From an uncultured Acidobacteriota bacterium (GTDB taxonomy: Bacteria; Acidobacteriota; UBA6911): 64,000 nt of DNA. Numbering within the stretch: the first letter of the stretch is position 1; each line of letters begins with the position of its first letter. Where the stretch lies: NCBI GenBank assembly GCA_963843575.1, contig CAWJKZ010000010.1, positions 32,001 to 96,000 of the forward strand, read 5' to 3'. Below the pieces are notes generated by a model. It saw only the letters and a program-made list of their open reading frames with translations. It searched no databases and had not been told where the DNA came from. Of the stretch, positions 54,051-61,256 are shown one piece after another. A program made the position numbers and the translations under genes.

Positions 54051-57000
54051 ATGGAAGTGCCTGGTTGGTCGCGTGCGTGGGCAAGCTTGAGCAGCAACGG
54101 CGGGCTATTGGCATGGAGGCGATTCCCGGTACTGAGCGGTCCCCGAATTCGATTTCAACGGAAACTCCCGCCCTTGAGGTGGGTTGCGTTCGGGTTGTTG
54201 CTGCTGGTTGCGGCGACGTATGAAATCAGGACCTCGGCGGTGCAGTCCTGGGTCTTTTCCCAGTTTTCGCGGCGCTTGACCTACACCGTGGCCCCCGGTC
54301 CGAGCGATCGGATCGTCTTTCCGCGCGAGGGGCCTTTCAACGAGCGGCTCGGTTATACGCGGCTGCCAGATTTCCAGCGCATGCTGGAATCGGCCGGTTA
54401 CCGTGTCACGCTGCAGTCGCGCTTCTCGCCCGCACTGCTCCGGCTCTCACGCTGGGGAATCAGCCCGCCGTACCGGGAACCTTCGGTCACCGGCCTGGTG
54501 ATCCGGAGCGCACAGCAGGCTCCCATATTCAGTTCGGCGGAATCGGTGCTGCAGTTTCAGAGGCTGGAGGATGTGCCGCCGATTGTGGTAAACGCACTCC
54601 TGGCCATCGAGAATCGCGAACTCGCCGACCCGGCCGACATCCGAAGAAATCCCGTAGTCGAGTGGGACCGCCTGGCAAAAGCAGGCCTTTCCTATGCGGG
54701 CTCCAAGATCGGCCTGCCGTTGAGGGTCGAAGGCGGGAGCACCCTGGCCACCCAGATCGAGAAGTATCGAAACTCGGCCAACGGGCGCACGGACTCGCCG
54801 GTCGACAAACTGCAGCAGATCCTCGGCGCCAGTCTCAAGGTGTACCGCACGGGTGTCGACACCCGTGCCCAGCGCCACGAGATCATTCTCGAGTACCTGA
54901 ACACGATGCCGCTCTCGGCGGCGCCCGCTTTCGGCGAGGTCCATGGGTTGGGCCCGGGACTGCTCGCATGGTATGGGCTACGGCTGAGCGACGTCCGTCG
55001 CAACCTGGCCGTTACCGCCCCGGCCGCAGAGAGGGCCCGAGCGGTCAAGCACGTCGTCAGCCTGCTGGCGTCGGTGCGGGCACCGAGCACATACCTCCTT
55101 TACAACCGTGCGGCGCTTGCGGAGCGCACGAATTTCTATGTCCGGCTCATGGCAAGGTCGGGAATCATCGACGATGGTTTCGCGTCGTTGGTTGAGGCGA
55201 CACCCCTGGCGTTCACATCGTCCGCCGGCCGGTCGCCGAGGATTCCAACCCCAGGACAAAAGACCTCGAACGCCATCCGGACAAACCTCGGCCGGCTCAT
55301 CGGCGTACCCGGTTTCTATGACCTCGACCGGCTCCACCTCACCGTCTCCAGCACGATCGACGCCGATCTGCAGGACCGGGTGCTCGACGTCTTCCAGAAC
55401 CTCAAAGACCCTGCGTTTCTCAAGGCCAACGGGTTAAAGGGGGAGCGCCTCCTTGGCGAAGGCGATCCCGGGCATGTGCTCTACAGCCTTCTGCTTTTCG
55501 AACGAACCCCCGAGGGAAACGCGCTGCGCGTGCAACTCGACAGCCTTGACCGCCTGTTTGATATCAACGAGGGGATGAAGCTCGAACTGGGGAGCACCGC
55601 CAAGCTCCGCACCCTCGCCCACTACCTCGACCTGGTGGCGTCGCTTCACGGCGAACTATCCGGCCTGGACCGCCGGGCCTTGACAGAGCGGGAACGCGAC
55701 GCCCGCGACCCGATCACCCGGTGGGCTGCCGCGACCCTCGTCCATGCGGGCCCCCTCACGCTGGATCAGTTCATCGGGAAGGCGCTCGAGCGCAAGTACT
55801 CGGCCAGCCCTTCCGAGGTTTTCTTTACGGGCGGAGGGGTCCACGTGTTCCACAATTTCGATCGGAAGGACAACGGCCAGACGCTCACCCTCCGCGAGGC
55901 GACCCAGCGCTCGACCAACCTGGTGTTCATCCGTCTCATGAGGGATCTCGTGCGCTTTCACCAGGCCAGGCTGCCCTACGATCCGGAGACCGTCCTGGCA
56001 GACGCGCAGAACTCGACCAGAATGAGCCTCCTTTCGGAGATCGCCGCAAAAGAAGGAAGATACTTCCTGCTGCGCTCCTACCAGGCCTACCGCGGCAGGA
56101 CGCCTGAGGAGATCGTGACCCGCCTGCTCGGTCGGCGCTCCGGCGACCCGCGCCGTCTTGCGATCCTGTACTATGCCTGGCAGAAGCCGGGCATGACGGC
56201 AGGGGACGCGCCGGGGCTCGCAACCTGGATCGGGCGCTTCGGCTCCACGGCGCCCGCCGCGGTCCCAAGCCTGATCAAGGCCTACAGCAATCCGCGCCTG
56301 ACGCTGGCCGACTACGCGTACCTGCTTGGAACCCACCCATTGGAACTGTGGTGTGCCGGTCAGATGATCGGGAACCGGTCGCTCTCCTGGCAGGATGCGC
56401 TTGCCCGCAGCGCCGACGCCCAGAAGGTTGCCTCGCAGTGGCTGTTCAAGACGCGGAACAGGCGGGCGCAGGATCTGCGGCTGCGGATACGCTTCGAGCA
56501 GGACGCTTTCGAGAGAATGACCCCGGGCTGGAAGCGGTTCGGCTTCCCGTTCGAGCACCTGGTCCCGTCTCTGGCCACCGCCCTGGGCAATTCGTCCGAC
56601 AGGCCTTCCGCGCTAGCCGAACTCATGGGGATCATCGTCAACGACGGCGCCAGGATGCCGACCGCGCGGATGACTGCACTGGATTTCGCAAGCGGGACCC
56701 CTTATCAGACGCGATTTGAACTGCGCGAAGCCAGCGGCGAACCCGCCATGCGGCCCGAGATCGCCCGTGCCCTCAAAACGGTGCTGGCCGACGTGGTGGA
56801 ACGCGGGACCGCCCGGAGACTCTCCGGGGCGTTTGCGCTCCCGGACGGGTCACCTGTGACGGCAGGAGGCAAGACCGGTTCCGGGGACAATGAATTCAAG
56901 TCGTTCGGGCACGGGGGGGGAGTCATTTCCTCGCGTCAGGTGAACCGCACGGCGACATTCGTGTTCTACGTGGGCGACCGCTACTTCGGCGTCTTGACCG

Positions 57001-57200
57001 CCTTCGTCGACGGGGCGCAGGCGGCACACTACAGCTTTACCAGCGCGCTCCCCGTGAGCATCCTCAAGCTGCTGGCCCCGCCGTTGAACGCGCGTCTCGG
57101 GGACGCCACCTCGTCGGCGGTTGCGGGGAAAAACCCGCCACCGCGGCGCGGCGGCGCGGAGGTTCGCAGGGAGCGCAGTCTTGGGGGATCGTCTCTGTAG
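54051..57200 (+). CDS. Large class A PBP-like protein (GT51 plus transpeptidase-like)
   Basis: IENRE, GGSTLATQIEK, EYLN; STAK (SxxK), STN, KTG. Start is uncertain. Confidence 0.85.
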   Translation: MEVPGWSRAWASLSSNGGLLAWRRFPVLSGPRIRFQRKLPPLRWVAFGLLLLVAATYEIRTSAVQSWVFSQFSRRLTYTVAPGPSDRIVFPREGPFNERLGYTRLPDFQRMLESAGYRVTLQSRFSPALLRLSRWGISPPYREPSVTGLVIRSAQQAPIFSSAESVLQFQRLEDVPPIVVNALLAIENRELADPADIRRNPVVEWDRLAKAGLSYAGSKIGLPLRVEGGSTLATQIEKYRNSANGRTDSPVDKLQQILGASLKVYRTGVDTRAQRHEIILEYLNTMPLSAAPAFGEVHGLGPGLLAWYGLRLSDVRRNLAVTAPAAERARAVKHVVSLLASVRAPSTYLLYNRAALAERTNFYVRLMARSGIIDDGFASLVEATPLAFTSSAGRSPRIPTPGQKTSNAIRTNLGRLIGVPGFYDLDRLHLTVSSTIDADLQDRVLDVFQNLKDPAFLKANGLKGERLLGEGDPGHVLYSLLLFERTPEGNALRVQLDSLDRLFDINEGMKLELGSTAKLRTLAHYLDLVASLHGELSGLDRRALTERERDARDPITRWAAATLVHAGPLTLDQFIGKALERKYSASPSEVFFTGGGVHVFHNFDRKDNGQTLTLREATQRSTNLVFIRLMRDLVRFHQARLPYDPETVLADAQNSTRMSLLSEIAAKEGRYFLLRSYQAYRGRTPEEIVTRLLGRRSGDPRRLAILYYAWQKPGMTAGDAPGLATWIGRFGSTAPAAVPSLIKAYSNPRLTLADYAYLLGTHPLELWCAGQMIGNRSLSWQDALARSADAQKVASQWLFKTRNRRAQDLRLRIRFEQDAFERMTPGWKRFGFPFEHLVPSLATALGNSSDRPSALAELMGIIVNDGARMPTARMTALDFASGTPYQTRFELREASGEPAMRPEIARALKTVLADVVERGTARRLSGAFALPDGSPVTAGGKTGSGDNEFKSFGHGGGVISSRQVNRTATFVFYVGDRYFGVLTAFVDGAQAAHYSFTSALPVSILKLLAPPLNARLGDATSSAVAGKNPPPRRGGAEVRRERSLGGSSL

Positions 57201-57289
57201 TGGCCTTCCGTCGAAGTTCCTGCACTTCCGCCGGCCGGACGTGGTAATTTGTGCGTCAGGAGATTCATGGAAGGCGCACGGTCCGGCCT

Positions 57290-57832
57290 ATGAAAGCACT
57301 GCTCTTCCCTGTGTGGCTGCCCCTGCTTGTTCTTCTCGGTGCAGGCGTCCAGGAATCCGAGATTCCCCCAGAAACCAAGGGGGTGTATTACTGGAAGGGC
57401 ACGTCCGACTGGATCATGCTCGACCCGGCCACCCTGTCGGATTCTGAAAGCCGGGGCCTGAGCCGGTTCATCGAGACCGACGGCCTGTCCGGCCTGAACG
57501 TGAACCTCACCTTCGACGGCTCCAGCTCCCCGGTCCAGATTGACGACCGCAGGCCGGTTCTCTACGTGCGCGGAATTGTCCCCGGCGACGACACACTCAT
57601 CGTCCAGCTGGCGGTGAAAAGAGACAGCCGGGAAGTTCAGACCTCACTATCGTTTGCGGGGGTCAACAACAAGGTAGGCTTCAGGAACGCGGACATCCGG
57701 CGCGTGACCATCCGGCCCTCAGACGCGCAGGACCTTTTCGTCATCGCACCGCAGGAAGCCCTCAAGCCCGGCGAGTACCTCGTCGTCTTCGGACACATCG
57801 ACAACGCCTTCAACTTCGGCATCCCCAAGTGA
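57290..57832 (+). CDS. Hypothetical exported protein
   Basis: Signal peptide; C-terminal P..LKPGEY..F.FGI. Confidence 0.7.
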   Translation: MKALLFPVWLPLLVLLGAGVQESEIPPETKGVYYWKGTSDWIMLDPATLSDSESRGLSRFIETDGLSGLNVNLTFDGSSSPVQIDDRRPVLYVRGIVPGDDTLIVQLAVKRDSREVQTSLSFAGVNNKVGFRNADIRRVTIRPSDAQDLFVIAPQEALKPGEYLVVFGHIDNAFNFGIPK

Positions 57833-57986
57833 CAGGACGGCAAACAGAACAACACGAAATCGTCCCGGGCCGGGCGGACGCGCAGATGAGAGTTGTCGAT
57901 TCCGAAGTTTCGCCTGCTCGGTAGATTTTCCCTGGCTTTGCCCTTTCCTATAACCTATCCGCGGCATCGTCGGGCCGAGTACCCTT

Positions 57987-58820
57987 TCACTTTACATTCG
58001 CGGCAAGCCGTTCCGTTTCGGGTCGGGCGTCGCGGCCGCCTTTGAGGTTTGCGAATCCACCGATGTAGCGGCCTTTGCGAAAGACGCACAATCCGTCGAG
58101 GTACTTATCGCTGGCGGTGAACGCCTCGTCGCCGATGGAGAGTGCCTGCGCCTGGCCAAACCTCGCCTTTAGTTTGGTCATGAGTTGGGCGGCCGACTCA
58201 GCCGTGTCCTCCGGGACCAGGAACCCTTTCCCGAAGTCGTACTGGCCCACGTACCCGCGTTTCATCAGCCGGATGCCCAGTACACTCTCCGGGACGAGGC
58301 GCAGCGATTCCTTGACCAGTCCTTCCTGGGGGAACCACGAGAGGGCGTCGGGCGGGGTTGAGCGGCCGTCGAATTTCTTCTCGAGCGCGACGACGAATTC
58401 CTTCAGGACGGCCGAGTGGTCCTTGGCCGGGTTGGCGGCCAACTCCACGAAGTACTTGTCTTTGGCAAATATCGCGCGGCGCGGCAGGATCTGGCCGCGC
58501 ATGCCGATATCCTGCACCGGCTGGCGGGGGTCGCGGTTAGCCGAGAAAAGGCCGAATGCAAACTCCGGGTCGGCCATCTCCGAAACATCGATGAGGATAG
58601 TGTCGTCGCCCTTTTTGCAGGTGACCCCGTGCATCTGGACGAACCGGTAGATGAGGTAGCCCTCGGCATTGCCGTTCATGTATTCGAACAGGTTGTCGGC
58701 TGCATACGTCCGGGCCGGCCCCTGCTGCTGCCAACCCGCGACGACGCTGCAATCCGGGGCCTGCGCCGGCGTGGCGGGAACGAATGCGGCGAGGCTCAGC
58801 GCCAGGAGCGTACGTCTCAT
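57987..58820 (-). CDS. Exported DUF6599-like protein
   Basis: Signal peptide MRRTLLALSLA; NLFEYMNGNAEGY, AFGLFS; ATGA overlap with the upstream gene. Confidence 0.7.
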   Translation of the reverse strand: MRRTLLALSLAAFVPATPAQAPDCSVVAGWQQQGPARTYAADNLFEYMNGNAEGYLIYRFVQMHGVTCKKGDDTILIDVSEMADPEFAFGLFSANRDPRQPVQDIGMRGQILPRRAIFAKDKYFVELAANPAKDHSAVLKEFVVALEKKFDGRSTPPDALSWFPQEGLVKESLRLVPESVLGIRLMKRGYVGQYDFGKGFLVPEDTAESAAQLMTKLKARFGQAQALSIGDEAFTASDKYLDGLCVFRKGRYIGGFANLKGGRDARPETERLAANVK

Positions 58821-59989
58821 GCGAACACCTCCTGCGCCCGGCTGAGCCGTTCCGCCACCCTGACGCCGTTCGGGCACGTCACGCTGCAGGTCGGGCAGAG
58901 ATCGCACCGCACGCGGCGCACATTTTCCGGCAGCGCCAGGAAGCTCTCGCGGCCCAACCGGAATTCGCCGTACCCCTCGGCATAGACGAGGTAGCGCAGC
59001 ATGTCGGCGACGGGGAGACCTTTGGGGCACGTTCCGCCGCACTCGCCGCACATTCTGCAGTAGAGCGGACGAAGGTACTCGAGCTGCTCGGCGAGCAGCT
59101 TCTCATCGGCGTCGGTGAACGGCTCCGTCATGGCCCGCATGTTCTCGTCCAGCTGGTCCATGTCGGTGATGCTGGGGATGGTCGTCGACACGTTCGGGTT
59201 TCTCAGAACCCACTTCAGGGCGGCGTACAAGGCACCTTCCCGCTTGAACGTTTCGTAGTTCTTGTCCCCTGGCTTGGCGCGGCGCAGGCCGCCGGCCATC
59301 ACCTTCATAGCCACGACGGCGAGGCCCGCCTTGGCCGCCGCCTCGAGCAGACCCTGGGTCGACGGGTCCATGGTGAAGTTGTAGGAGACCAGTGCGACGT
59401 CGAAGTGGTCCTTGCGCGCGATCATCGCCGGAATCACCTCGGCGTGGCCGCCGTGCATGCTGACACCGGCAAACCGGATTTTGCCCGCTTTCCTGGCAAT
59501 CTGCTGCGCCTCGATCAGGTCGTCGGTGAGATCGGCCGCCTTCCCCTTGCCGTGCAGATACCAGATGTCGAGGTGGTCGGTACCGAGCTCCTTCAGGCTG
59601 GTGTCCAGGTGTTCGAGCGCGCCCTGCTTGTTCGGGGCCCCGGTCTTGCTCGACAGGGTGATGCTGTTGCGCTTGGCCTTGAGAGCGGTCCCCACCATGC
59701 GCTCGTTGTTGCCCCCCTGGTAGCCGCGCGCGGTGTCGAAGTAGCTGATCCCGAGGTCGGCGGCCTTTTCGATCACGCTCGCATCGGATGTGATCATGCA
59801 GCCGAAACCGACGCTTGTGACCTTGACGCCCGTCTTGCCCAGGGTGCGGTAGGTGAGTCCGCCTTGCGCGGCCATGCCGGGCGGAGCCGGAGAATCCGCG
59901 ACCGGCCCGCGCCTTGTAGAACCCAGCACCACGGCCGGGGCGGCGAGCCCGGCAGCCAGAAATGTGCGGCGAGAAGAATTATGTTTCAT
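58817..59989 (-). CDS. Tat-signal aldo/keto reductase with C-terminal Fe-S motifs
   Basis: SRRTFL, RTLGKTG, FDTARGY, CRMCGECGGTCP and CDLCPTCSVTCP. Confidence 0.9.
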   Translation of the reverse strand: MKHNSSRRTFLAAGLAAPAVVLGSTRRGPVADSPAPPGMAAQGGLTYRTLGKTGVKVTSVGFGCMITSDASVIEKAADLGISYFDTARGYQGGNNERMVGTALKAKRNSITLSSKTGAPNKQGALEHLDTSLKELGTDHLDIWYLHGKGKAADLTDDLIEAQQIARKAGKIRFAGVSMHGGHAEVIPAMIARKDHFDVALVSYNFTMDPSTQGLLEAAAKAGLAVVAMKVMAGGLRRAKPGDKNYETFKREGALYAALKWVLRNPNVSTTIPSITDMDQLDENMRAMTEPFTDADEKLLAEQLEYLRPLYCRMCGECGGTCPKGLPVADMLRYLVYAEGYGEFRLGRESFLALPENVRRVRCDLCPTCSVTCPNGVRVAERLSRAQEVFA

Positions 59990-60047
59990 AACGCCCCCAA
60001 ATGTTTATAACTTATGCATATCAGTTTATAGGATGAGAGGGTTGGGA

Positions 60048-61115
60048 ATGGAATACAAAGTTACACGCCGCGGCTTTATGCGGGCGGCAGCCGCGGTAGC
60101 GGCCACCCCGCTCCTGAATGCCCGATCGCGCAGCGCGCAGGCCCAGGCGCCCGCCGCCGGGCGCCGGTCGGTCGTGGCGCTGGTCGAGGGTCCAAACCGC
60201 CGCAAGAACATCCGCGACGCACTCGCCGCAATCGAGGAGCAGATCCTCCCGGTCCTGAAGCGCAAGAAGTACGTGGTGATCAAGCCGAATCTCGTCTCCA
60301 CCGTGAACCAGCTGGCTGCGACGCACGCCGACGCGCTGTGCGGCATCCTCGACTTCCTGGCGCCGCGGTTCAAGGGCCCGGTGGTGATCGCGGAATCGTC
60401 GGCCGGCAACACGCTCGAGGGCTACGACAACTTTGGATACCCCGGGGTGGTCAGGGAATTCAAATCGCGGCGGGTCAGCTTGGTCGATCTGAACGAGGAG
60501 GCCCGGTACGAACTCTCTTCGGTGATAGATGCCGACCTCCACGTCGTGCCGGTGCGGCTGGCGGCCAGGCTGCTGGACCCGGAGGCCTTCATTCTCTGTG
60601 CTGCGGTGATGAAAACCCACAACGTCGTGGTGGCGACGCTGTCGATCAAGAACATGACCCTGGGAGCCCCGCTGCACAACCCGCGCAAGGAAAGCAAGCG
60701 GTGGAACGACAAGCGGCTTTATCACGGCGGGGTGCGGCAGACACACGCCGACATGCTGCTTACCGCCCAGAAGATGCAACCGTTCTGGGGGGCGACGGTC
60801 ATCGACGGGTACGAGGGGATGGAAGGAAACGGCCCGTCTTCGGGGCTGCCGGTGCCCTCGCACATCGCCATCGCCTCCACCGATTTCGTGGCCGCCGACA
60901 GGGTCGGGATCGAGGCCATGGGAATCGACCCCGCCTGGATCGGGTATCTGAACTACTGCGGCCTCAGCGGACTGGGGCAGTCTGATCTCGGGAGCATCGA
61001 CATCCGGGGCGTAAGTGTCGGGTCGGTCGCCCGGAAATATCAGCTTCACCCGGACCTCGAGCGGCAGCTGCAGTGGATGGGCCCCATGACCGAGCTGCCT
61101 CCAAAGCTCGGCTGA
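60048..61115 (+). CDS. Tat-signal DUF362 domain protein
   Basis: TRRGFM, IKPN, KTH...TLSIKN, IDG..GMEGNGP, D.VAAD. Confidence 0.88.
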   Translation: MEYKVTRRGFMRAAAAVAATPLLNARSRSAQAQAPAAGRRSVVALVEGPNRRKNIRDALAAIEEQILPVLKRKKYVVIKPNLVSTVNQLAATHADALCGILDFLAPRFKGPVVIAESSAGNTLEGYDNFGYPGVVREFKSRRVSLVDLNEEARYELSSVIDADLHVVPVRLAARLLDPEAFILCAAVMKTHNVVVATLSIKNMTLGAPLHNPRKESKRWNDKRLYHGGVRQTHADMLLTAQKMQPFWGATVIDGYEGMEGNGPSSGLPVPSHIAIASTDFVAADRVGIEAMGIDPAWIGYLNYCGLSGLGQSDLGSIDIRGVSVGSVARKYQLHPDLERQLQWMGPMTELPPKLG

Positions 61116-61185
61116 GTATCGCAGGGTAGCACGCGGATCGACACCGGCCCAGGGGAGGCGTTGCGGTCGAATTTCGCAATGGCTT

Positions 61186-61256
61186 GGCGCCGAGGCGCCG
61201 AGTATTCCGGGCGCAGGACCCACCCAAAAGCGGCGCCGAGGCGCCGCACTCCAGAT
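61186..61256. repeat. REP cluster (REPIN-like)
   Basis: GGCGCCGAGGCGCCGAGTATTCCGG...AAAGCGGCGCCGAGGCGCCGCACTCCAGAT abutting the kinase stop. Confidence 0.8.
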
